A stretch of DNA of 64,000 nt from contig NC_045696.1 of NCBI RefSeq assembly GCF_009834535.1, positions 24,554,001 to 24,618,000 of the forward strand, in the 5' to 3' direction. Below the pieces are notes generated by a model. It worked only from the letters and a program-made list of their open reading frames with translations, searched no databases and had not been told where the DNA came from. This stretch comes from Camelus ferus. Lineage: Eukaryota. Below, in pieces: positions 1-10,453 of the stretch. The translations under genes and the position numbers were made by a program. Position 1 is the stretch's first letter, and each line of letters opens with the position of its first letter.

Positions 1-950
1 AAAGAAAACCAATTCAGGACACGGCAATAGTTTCAATGAGAGAAAATTAAACTAGGGTGGTAACAATGGGAATAGATAAAAAAGAAACAGATTCAAGACA
101 CATTTTAGAGAATAGCCCAAACTCAGTTAAGGAATAAATATAAGTAAACAAAGGAGAGGTAAATGGCAAAGGTGGACTGTGCAGCAGGGTAAATAAAGAT
201 GATGTTCTTCATCTTGAGTTTAAGAAGACCAGATGAGAATCGTGTTGGGGCAGGGGTGGTGTTCAGAAGCCAGTCTGATCATGTTTACACATCGTTTTAA
301 GTAGGTAGTTGGATATGTGAGTCTGAATCTCTGAAGAAAGCCCTAGAGAAATAAATTGGGAATCATCTAAATATAAATGGTATTAAAAGCCGTGTGTGTG
401 CACGTGTGCATGTGTGTGCGTGCACGTGTGTGTGTGTGTGTGTGTGTGTAGATGAGGAAAAAAATGATGGTAATATTAGATGAGAACTCAGAGTTAGTTC
501 TAAAGGAATTTAAGCATTTAATTTGAGAGAAAAGGAGGTATCAGCATGTAAGAGAGAAAGAACAACCAAAAAAGGTGAAAAGAAAACCAGGAACATGATG
601 TCACAGAAGCCAAGAAAAGAGTTTCCTAAAGGTCATCATGGTCAATATTGCTAAATATCAAGTAGTAAAGGAGTCTGAGGATGGTTCACTGGACCACAAA
701 AGCAATTTAAATGGAAAGGTAGAGACAAAAATTGATTGATGAGTACATGAGGTGGGTTGAAAGGACAAGAAACTTAAAAGATTAAATTAAAAGAAACAAA
801 CACAGTTAACATTTTGTGAGAATCATGCCTGGGAAAGGAGTAGAAAGAGTGGTTAATAAAAGATAGTGAATTAAAGATAGATGAGATCAGAGCATGTTTG
901 AAGGCTACTGGGAAAAGTCCTTTAAGGGAAGATGATCAAAATTCAGTAAG
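1..950 (-). mobile_element. Degenerate LINE-2 fragment(s), interrupted by a TG microsatellite
   Basis: Purine-rich decayed sequence with L2-like segments such as gtaggtagttggatatgtgagtctgaa and tgatgtcacagaagccaag; recognised from memory of L2. Confidence 0.55.
392..449. repeat. Imperfect (TG)n microsatellite
   Basis: gtgtgtgtgcacgtgtgcatgtgtgtgcgtgcacgtgtgtgtgtgtgtg... seen directly. Confidence 0.95.
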
Positions 951-974
951 GAGGGAAGATGAATAAACTTGTAA

Positions 975-1580
975 ATCAAGTTCTGTCACTCCCCTGATTA
1001 GAATAAACTACATATTCCTCAGCCTGCTCTATAAAAGCCTCCTTGAAAACTCCTAGTTAAATCTCTGGCCTAATCTCATGCCACTCTTCCATTCTTTCTC
1101 TTCCCTGGGCATTCACTAAGAATTCTTCCAGGAATTCTAGCTTCAGAACTTTTTACAGGCTGAATCCCCTTCCTTCTGCTATTTTCCTGGCTGACTCATC
1201 TCTGTCATTCAAGTCTTAGTTGAAATGTTCTTTCTGACGATCCAGTGGACCAAAAACCATCTCCAAATTTTCACATGTCTGGTTCTTTCTTGTCATTCAA
1301 GCTTCAGTTTCAGTATCCTCAGTGAAGCCCCTCTTGATCACCAAATGTAAATTAGTAACACTCTCATCCCCACTCCATCACCCTGTTCATTCTTAGTACA
1401 GTACTTCTTATGCCACATTTTCTTGTTTATGTACTTGTTTATATGTTTATGGTATGTCGCTTCTCTCTGGAATGTAGACAATGAAAGCAGGGAGCTCATC
1501 TTACTTGCTCAACACCATATTCCCAGAATGTGGGATAGTGCTTGGCACACAGTAGGTGCTCAATAAAAGTCTGTTGATTG
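975..1580 (+). mobile_element. LINE-2 3' end
   Basis: Ends in the typical L2 tail gtgcttggcacacagtaggtgctcaataaa...tgttgattg. Confidence 0.8.
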
Positions 1581-3956
1581 GTCAAATGGTAAGTTTAATT
1601 TACATGTCAGTTTTCTTTATTTTATTTTTTTCTCTTTTATTTATATAGGTCAGTTTTCTTAGAAAATGTCTAGAAATTAAAAGGCACATTATTAAAAATT
1701 TTAATCAAATTCAGTACAAGTATACAGGTAACAGATTAGGGGATAGTAGTAAATAACATTATTATTTTAAAATATTATAGAAGATTTCTTTTTAATAGAT
1801 AATCTTAATGATTCTATATCTCTTATAATAATGTTAACTCTAACTTTCATCTGTCAGGTGTATACGACCTAATAGTAAGAAAAGGTTTTTTCAGAAGTTC
1901 TTTGCTATTAGAAAGTAGTCAATCTAATATAAACAATTCACTATGGACAATCCATTTGGTAGATAAAACATACGTTTGAAATCAAAAGTGTATTTACATT
2001 CTGCAAACATTGATTAAGTCATGCACTATCTGAGGCATATAGGATTCAAAAATGAGTAAAATGCAACAGACCGATCTCACTAATAATTCAAAGGTAAGTG
2101 AGTGAATAAAGACACAAAAGTTAACAATACTGTGCTTTAAAGAGGCTATCATAGTATGAACAAAATAATGAGGCGTCAGTTTGTTTTTACACCTCTGGGC
2201 CACGAGACCTCACTCATCTGAATTTAGGCACTCAAACGCTTCCATTCCTCCTAGGGGCAAATTGTTAATAAGAAGTTCAGTTACCCTGGTGTCTAACACC
2301 TTTCCCCAAGTCAAATGAAAGTCTTTTTCACAAAGAAGGGGGAGACAGAAGGTTATTTCTGATGCCAGTGTTTCAATGGAGAAATTAAGCTTTGCCTGTA
2401 AGAGACAGAGGTTGCCATAAGAAAAGCAGCACAATAACAAAAAATACTGTGCTCAATGCTTGTGCAATGCCAGCTCATTATTTCTGGAAGGGGCTAAAGA
2501 TTAGAAAATGACTTTTCCTGAGTTGCAACAGGCCTGTAACTGAGTAACTCGGAAAGGACTGAAAAGGAATACCAGGAAAAATAATACAAAAATAAATAGC
2601 AGTAGAAATTGTGTTGAGCTGAGCATGACCTTTGGAAAGAGAAGGAAGATTTTGCATATCTAAGAAAATCTCATCACAGTCCTCTCTGAAAGATTAAAAT
2701 GATTTCAATATTTTTCCATTTATTTAATGCAAACAGGTATAGCTTGTTCTGACAAAATGTCACATTTCCTACTCAGGTACTATTATGTGGAGACAGAACA
2801 TCAAGTTGATATTGGTTGTTCAAAGTCATTCTTAAAGACAAAGAATAAGAACTAAATATAATAATTGGAAATGTTTGCATTATGTTTTTCTTCCAAACAT
2901 TTCTTTGGGCTTATAGTCTCTGTCAAAGATCAGAAACACTGTTATAAATACGTCTCATTCAAACATTAATATGGAAGCAAATCATTCACCTTTTGAAAAT
3001 TGCAGTATCTACTTAGATGTCATTTATCAGAACGAGGCAGAAGCAGGTGGAGAAATACTTCTGAATCCTGAGCTTTCTGGATGAAAAAGAACTATTCCTC
3101 TATGTATTACTTCTCATCTTGTTAATACAACAGAATACAACTATTTTACCAATTAGCATAACATTTAACACATAAAGTGTTAATTTCCAAAATATTTTGA
3201 AATATTCTTTAAGAAAGCTATCTTAACAATAACAATTAAAAGCAGTATAAATACAAGTTTGTCAACATTAAGCTACTGGGAAATAATTCTCTATCTTCCA
3301 AAAGAACTTTGAGTCATTAATGTAATGCTAATTTTTTATCGATATTTTTTGCCACAATATATACTTATATACTAAAACATAATATAGAATGCTGTGGCTG
3401 TGTTTTGCTTTTCTCAATGTGTATCTTCAAGAAAGAAAGAGCCTATTCAAGGAAAAGTATATTATTGGAAAAATGTTTTACTTGAAATAAAATGCTGTTT
3501 TACCAGAAATTTCCAAAAGGAAAATGAAGAAAATCTGAATTCTACTTTTTCTTGAACACCATCAGTCTATTCCAACACACGCAAGTAGCAACTTTAAATT
3601 TCTTGTTTCATCTATGTTACGCTGCAAGGAGACTTGTTCCTTTCCACTATTTCACAGTGAGCAGGAGTGCCTCATTTATAGATGGCTCTGGATTCAATCC
3701 ACTTTGCTGCATTTTGAAGTAAAAAGAAAAAAACTTGGTTAAAATATGCTCTGCTTTAGTGTGCCTGGCCAGCTGTAATGTATTTTCCAAGTACTGAACC
3801 CCAAAAGAGCAGTGTGCTTTCAAGTTACTGTTTAAATTGTCTCAGGCTGCAAGTTAAGGTCATGTTAATTTTCCTACATTTATGATCTTGACACATTTTA
3901 TATTTAACCTTTTGTGGAGAATAATTTGTCCTCACCCTGAGTTGTGTTTGTGCTAG

Positions 3957-4084
3957 ACCATGAAGCCAGGTGGTGACCCAGCTGGAATCCACGGGGACAT
4001 TAAAGAGACTACAGAAGCTGGTCTGGACCAAGAAAGCCAGGGTGCCGAGTCTGAATGAGATGAAACCCACGTTAACGAATCTCC
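3957..4084 (+). CDS. SAMSN1: Putative upstream coding exon A of a long SAMSN1 isoform (SASH1-like); start may instead be 3970
   Basis: Acceptor gtttgtgctag at 3955-3956, donor C|GTAAGT at 4085. Frame 3970-4084 reads VVTQLESTGTLKRLQKLVWTKKARVPSLNEMKPTLTNL plus 1 nt, resembling SASH1 [28 protein letters not shown] (recalled). The phase-1 end matches the phase-1 start of the exon at 5261. Confidence 0.7.
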
Positions 4085-5260
4085 GTAAGTAAGAACTCAA
4101 TGAGCTGATAAAATGTTTTGAGGAAGAGTTGGTGTAGCATATATTAATGAAGGACATTTTAATAAGACCCTAAAATAATCATTGCCAAGTAATTTGTGAA
4201 ACAACTATCAGTAGACTGTTCCTGAATTTCACCTTACATCCCTGCCCTACCCCGTTTCTCCTTTGCCTCAGAACCAGACTCAGGGGTAGAGTAAGAGAAA
4301 GCTGTGGGTGAAGCTCAGCAAGAGAATGAGGGTCAGATTTCCCACTGTTCTCAGCCTGTGGCCATAGAAAACAGTGTAATTCAGTTGTGATGTGAGTGCA
4401 GGTAATTGGCATGTCGTGACATGCAACTTTGATTTTCATTTATTTACTTACAAGAATGCCCTGTTAATCATAAACTTTGTTTACATCAGCTAAATATTTG
4501 AACTTAAATGGATTCAGTGATATGGTACAATTTACTGTGGGTCATATATATTTCTATTTTCTGTAATGGTTTTATATATTACTGGAAATTTCATCAGATC
4601 CTTCACTGCATGCAAATATACATCTCACTAATCAACTTCATAGTACTGAAGATAAACCTTTTTCTTTTGTTTTCTCAGCCTTATTCTTATCTTTCCAAAA
4701 TATTTCCCTATGAGAGCCACTACATGCATAAATCTTTTTGCAGACTGATGTTAAAATAGAGAATTTAAGGATACCAAAAGTATTTCAGGAAATCTCTACT
4801 GAGATTTCATCCTGCTAAGTAAGGTAAAGATTTGACTTGCTTCTGATGCTTTCTTATACACATGACCTCAAAAAATTCAAAATATTCAAGAATAGAAACA
4901 CACCATATTCTTATAACATGTGGGGAATTTTTTTTAAATTTGTATTTCTTCTTAAATATCTTTCAGTACACTATTTGCATGTGGCTCCCAGTCATTTCAG
5001 TCAAACTGACTTTATCATTACATATGCTTCCAAAATTTTTAGGTGAATCTGTTTTTACAAAACAGATCACTTAATAAACTAAGAACTTACTCTTTAAAGA
5101 AATGTTGTTGTAAATTATTTTGTGAAAGTATACGATCTCCTGGTTTATCCTGTGATGTTCACTCATTTCTATTATGTAAGAAGAATTATAATATTTATAA
5201 TTTCTACATATGCAAAATTATTGGACTGACTTATCTCAACTTATTTTCTACATCATTCAG

Positions 5261-5613
5261 AAGATGAAGATGAAACATTGATTTCCTGTATGAAATTAGT
5301 CAAATCCCAAGAAAAGAAAGCTAATAATATTAGCCAAAAGAGTACAGAAGAAAGGGAGATTAGATTGGATTCTATTTCTGCACCACTGGTTAGATCCAGT
5401 ACTTCAACTGGATGCAGCTTGGCAGAAATGTTATCTCACAACGAAGGTGAAGTTCATATGTGGAACAGCTGGAAGCAGTTTCCAGAAAACCCGCTGTGGG
5501 CATATGTTGATTTCCAAATTGACCAAGTTGGAGCCTGGGACCCCTGTTTCCACTGCTGTCACCACACACGTCTCAAGTCGTCTTGTACAGATACAGATCT
5601 CCCACATTCATGG
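5261..5613 (+). CDS. SAMSN1: Upstream alternative coding exon B of SAMSN1 (long isoform)
   Basis: Branch-like ctgac at 5226, pyrimidine tract and cag acceptor at 5258-5260, donor TGG|GTAAGT at 5614. Open frame DEDETLISCMKLVK...REIRLDSISAPLVRSST...FPENPLW...HTRLKSSCTDTDLPHSW resembles the recalled alternative N-terminus of human SAMSN1 (MEIRLD...LLHSW). Ends in phase 0, compatible with exon 2. Confidence 0.85.
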
Positions 5614-5939
5614 GTAAGTTCTTAACTACGGAAATGTATCGTCTTATCTGGATGTTTGTACTAGCAAGAAGGAAACAGGTAACAGATGTGCTAATCAGTC
5701 AAATTTATCAGTTTTAGGAAAGTTACCAGAGCTAGAGATGTCTTTCTAAAAAGCGATGCAGCTCTCGTGATTTCTGCTATCATGTTACTATTGCATGTGT
5801 TCCTTTGCGTTCAGGTAAACTACTGTATAAGATTTTCCAGGGATTTCTTTTTAATTAAAGGAAGATAGTGCATGTTGATTCAGGTCAAGATGTGCATTGA
5901 ATTGTCTAAATTATTTCTGTTGTCTTGAAGTTTCACTGA

Positions 5940-6175
5940 CAAATAATAGCTAATTTAAATGAGCATTTTCTTTGTGCATGCTATTCTTCTACGCACTTTA
6001 CATGTATTATTATTTAAATCTCACAACACCCTAAAGGAAGGGAGTGTTATCTTAATAGTAATTCCGCTCTGTTTTACAATTGAGAAAAATGAGGTGCAAA
6101 AAAGTAACAGGTACAATGTTACAGATCTAGCGAGAAGTAGAGCCAAGATCTAGAACCTAGACAGCCTTATGCTAG
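5940..6175 (-). mobile_element. MIR SINE
   Basis: aataatagctaat...atttaaatctcacaacacccta...ttttacaattgagaaaaatgaggtgca, the MIR core in reverse orientation. Confidence 0.8.
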
Positions 6176-6237
6176 GGATCCTGATTTTAGCTGATACATT
6201 ATAGTGTTTCCCATACACTAAGCTAGGCTCTAAGGCT

Positions 6238-6440
6238 ACATGGCATGAGAGAAAGAGCATGGATCTAGAGTAGTTAGAGAAATTTGGGTTTGAATCCAAG
6301 TTCTGCTACTTGTTTAGCTCGAGCAAATTATCAAAACCTTTTAATCTTGCTTTTCTCCATTGTAAAAATGAAAATAGTAACGTTAAACTTGTGAGGTAAT
6401 TGGAAAATTAAAATTAAATAACACAAAGATACTAGCATTC
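6238..6440 (+). mobile_element. MIR SINE
   Basis: gaaagagcatggatctagag...tgggtttgaatccaagttctgctact...ttctccattgtaaaaatgaaaatagtaac. Confidence 0.75.
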
Positions 6441-7054
6441 AAGAGTATCTATTTTGTTCTCAACTTGATCATAAGTGACTTAAGTACCTTATGCAAATCA
6501 CCTAAGTGCATTTATTTCTCTACAGTTCATGATCATTTGGGTTTGCAGCGGATGAACAGAACTGCTCTGTTTTTCCAGGAACCCTACTCTATACCATTTT
6601 GCTCTAAGAATCAGCCTCTCATTAGACAGAGGCTGTAATTCATGGTACTTCAGAGATCTCTGAAGAGGTTTATCCTCTTTTGGAGTCCTTTTCACCTGTT
6701 AAGATTTGTGTATTGAGTTAGGTCTTTGCAGACTAGCGCTAAAGTAATCTGTGTTCAGAGTACCACATTAAATATTACAGGTGTATAGTAGCAGACTTAG
6801 AACTGATGAAACTGCCCAACATTAATCATTTTTAGGAACATCTCTCCCACTTCCTTAGTCTTCATCTTTTCTTTTGGGGCTGCTGCACTGTGCAGCCTTC
6901 TTGGGGCAGTTTCTTAGAGAGCAGCTGGTAATATAATTAGGAACTACTTCTGAAGACCCCCCGACAGCTTCAGAATCAGGGTCAAGAATGATGACAACTT
7001 GGCAAGTGGCAAAACTTGTACATAAGAATCTAAACACAAACATTCAGAGCCTCT

Positions 7055-7640
7055 TTCGAGAATCAAATGTGGACTCCCCAACCTGGCGTTTCTGAATTTC
7101 AGCAGTCTGGCCTCCATCTAACTTTTCAGCTTTGTCTACTAGTTCTTCCTTATAGATTTCCTATGCTGGCCTGCCAAACTGAATGATTTGCTATCCCTAA
7201 CGACTGTCTTGCGCTGCCTCTCTTTGTATCGTTTTATGTATTGGCCTCTGCCTGGTATTTATTCTTACCTTTAAAATCATTACCCTATCTCTTAGGGCTC
7301 AGGTCAAATACTTTGTCCTCTAGAAAGTCTTCCTGGGTCATGCCAGACAGAAATAATCTCCCCTTCGTTTGAACTTCTAGATGACTTAAGGGCATTATTT
7401 TTTCATTATATATGCATCAAACATATAGGCATCACTGTGACTGTGTGCCAGTACAGTATTAGGCACTGGGGACACAGAGCTAAACAGTACACACACTGCT
7501 CCTGTCTGCATGGAGCTTACCATACTCCACCCTGCAGTGGCATGAGTTAGGCATTAGTTTATTTTCTATAAGCAATTTATCTTTGTATCCTCCGTGGTTA
7601 TGGTCATTCAATAAATATTTGAGTATCATTTGCTGACTGA
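7055..7640. mobile_element. LINE-2 fragments in both orientations
   Basis: L2-like segments tcctctagaaagtcttcctgg, tgtgtgccagtacagtattaggcactggggacacag and tail cattcaataaatatttgag...tgactgaat. Confidence 0.55.
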
Positions 7641-8642
7641 ATGGGGTTTTAGAAACCAATGGACTTTGTTACCATAGATCAAGATGAAATTTTTCTTCTC
7701 ATTCTTCTAGCTGTTCCTATATCAACATAGCTGTACATAAATTCAGTTATTATGTGTATGTGTTTGTGGATGTGTCGACTTAGGTATATACACATAGTAA
7801 TGTTTTTCTCTTTTATTTGGGTAGTTTTGTCTATTTTAGTTTATAGGAAATTATTAAGTGAGTTTTATCTGCAGAAGGTCAAGTATCTGCAGAATGCTCA
7901 GTATTTCAGATGATAATATTCAGCATTTGTGACAAGAAAACCTCTGTGGATTTAGAGAGAGGATTCAAGAACATGTTAGAGTTAAATTGGTTTGGTAAAC
8001 TTAATGAGAACATTTACACTTAGGGATTTGAGACAGAGTGAAAGAAGTTGGATGAGTGCAAATTATTATTTTTATATTCTACACATATATTCTATAATAA
8101 TAGCATGTAAAATGCCCAGTTTCATTTTAGCATAGCTGGTATTTTTTTTTTTTTCTGTAGTAATTGCAGGGCTATTATTTGGTTATACTTTAACTTTCAT
8201 TCTAGGGAAGATACAGAAGGCTGGGGGAAAAGATGTCTTCTCAAATAACTGTTACTATAATGACATTGTCAGTGGTGACATTCTGCAATTTTAAAGGGTG
8301 AAAGTGCGACCAGATTTTTTTCTAAATGTACAAGCATACGCAGATATGTTGGAGCTAGGTCTGAACCCCACATGTTAGGGGAAATGAAACCAATCCACAA
8401 ACACACCAGTTTCCCGATGTCAGAAATTTCAGCAATAGTAGATTCCAGTGTCTTTGATTCTATTATCAAATTAGAGTTTCAAGGTAGCCTGAAACGGACT
8501 TGTCTTCCAGTCTTTATTCACCCTGATACAACTCCCTGCTCGCACAACTCAGGTTCACACTCTCAGAGCTGGTTCTTACAGAGCTGGGTTTAATGCCAGC
8601 TCTGACATTACTAGCAGCGTTAGACTGGGCAAACTCCTTATC

Positions 8643-8730
8643 CTATTTATTTGATATTTATTTGTTTATTGAAGTATAGTCAGTTACAGTGTGCCAATTT
8701 CTGGTGTACAGCACAATGTCCTAGCCATGC
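8643..8730 (-). mobile_element. Short 3'-terminal LINE-1 fragment, apparently within a MIR
   Basis: T-rich tail then tgaagtatagtcagttacagtgtgccaatttctggtgtacagcacaatgtcc; approximate reverse complement of the element at ~29700-29770. Confidence 0.75.
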
Positions 8731-10390
8731 ACTCCTTACCCGCTTTAATGCACAAATTCCAGTTCTGTATTGGTTTCAGGTCCTACTTACTTCTTTTCCT
8801 CTGAATGATTCTTTGCATACTGAAAACACCCATTTGTAAAACAAAGCTATTGATGTTTACCATGCAAAGGTTGCTGGAAGATTAAATGAAACGGTGTCAG
8901 TCCTCAGTTGACAGTAGGTAATATTTATACCAAAATTAAAGAGTCCAGAGGCTTATTCTGGGCTTGGGAAGAACCAACATTTTACTCAGCTGAGACACCA
9001 TAAACAAACTGAATCCAGACAGAGAAATGTATTACTTGTGAAGGACTCTTCCCAGAAGTCAACAAGGGCAGAATGAGATACACACAGGTGTTTAATGTGC
9101 AGTTTAGCTGTTCGTGAGGTCTGTGGGATCTGGGGAGTGGGGAAAAATATGTGATTATAGAATTGATATAAATTGAGAAAGGCAAAAGATGAGATTTATG
9201 AAAGTGTATGCTCCACAAGAGAAATGTGAGAGGAAAACTACTTAAGGGCGCCAGTCTTTCCTAATATCCGAGTTGAGTGGCGTTGAGAGGAAATTTCAGA
9301 TACATCTTAAGAAAGGTAATAGTGGAAGCAACCAAAAATAATATTTGAAGCCAAGTGTTTACAATCAATTTACAAGAAGAGTGATTGAAGGGTACTTACG
9401 AAATCCTGCATGCTAAGAACTTGAAACATTTTATCAAAAAGGAAAGTTAGCCATAGGCTTGGTTGGGAATCAGGGCAAGAAAAAGTAAAGTTTGTGTGTC
9501 ATAAGGAAGATAAGCCCTTCCTTTAATATATTAAAATAGTAGCTAATATATTTTTAAAATCTGGGATACTTCTTCATATCTATAAAAAAAGATAAAAAAT
9601 TATTTTTATAATATTAAGAAATGGAAGTAATCTTAAGAAAGGGAACAAGCATCCCTTTCTCCCTTCAAATATCTAAAATATTTTGAACTCTATTTTATAA
9701 AAATAGTGTGACATGTTTAAAAGTGACAGTAACGAACACCCTTTCAGGAAGAAAGAAAAGTCAAAGTCCTGAAAGAACAAAGCAGAAAACTGTGTATAGA
9801 AGAATTCAAATGCAGTATGGATAGAAAAATAATAATGAGAAACCAAGTTACATAAAAATCAAAGAAAAGTGAGTGAAGTTTATACATAAAATCTCAAAGT
9901 GAGAAAATAAACAAAGCTGTATTTAAACATCTTAAGAAACCTAAGAAGAGATGAGCGGAGTGGAGCCGGACGGTTACTGGAGTCCTGCATGAACCCGCCA
10001 ACACCGCACCAGAAGAGAAAGTGGGGAGGGCGGAAGGTTTCTTTACAGGACTGTTTCAGTCAGAGGAACAGGATGTGTGCTAATGCTAACCAGGAAACAA
10101 GGAACAACGATTTTACAGTCAATCTTTCAGTTCAAAAGCAGAGTACTGGACGCTCTCATTATGGTCATAGGACGAGCTCTCGGGCTGCACAGCCGCACTG
10201 CTGAGTGGTTTCAGAGTTTTCATACTTTCCCCCAGGAACTGCGGAACCGCGGTGGGGGTGGGGGGTGACAACGCCAGAAGAAGCTCTTTGTGCTTGTCTT
10301 CTACTTTGTCTTTCTGTTCTCAGCCTTGGAAATCTCACCCAGTCTTTCTGACCCTGGGCTACCTCCTTCAGTCAACATGACGCATTATTG

Positions 10391-10453
10391 CCAGATTAAT
10401 CTACCAGATTAATTTACTTCACTAATCTACCTGATTAATGCTACCTGTATAAT
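10391..10453. repeat. Degenerate ~13-bp tandem repeat (about 5 units)
   Basis: ccagattaatcta ccagattaattta cttcactaatcta cctgattaatgcta cctgtataat. Confidence 0.8.

Noticed and set aside
2500..3720. A further upstream SASH1-like exon
   Set aside because: I found no acceptor-donor pair with an open, homologous frame; such exons may lie before position 1
3825..4157. 110-aa minus-strand ORF
   Set aside because: Antisense shadow of exon A; no recognisable protein
5278..5625. 115-aa ORF as a stand-alone gene
   Set aside because: Starts at TTG and is bounded by splice sites; better explained as SAMSN1 exon B
10391..10453. CRISPR-like array
   Set aside because: No unique spacers, units are short and adjacent, and the context is mammalian
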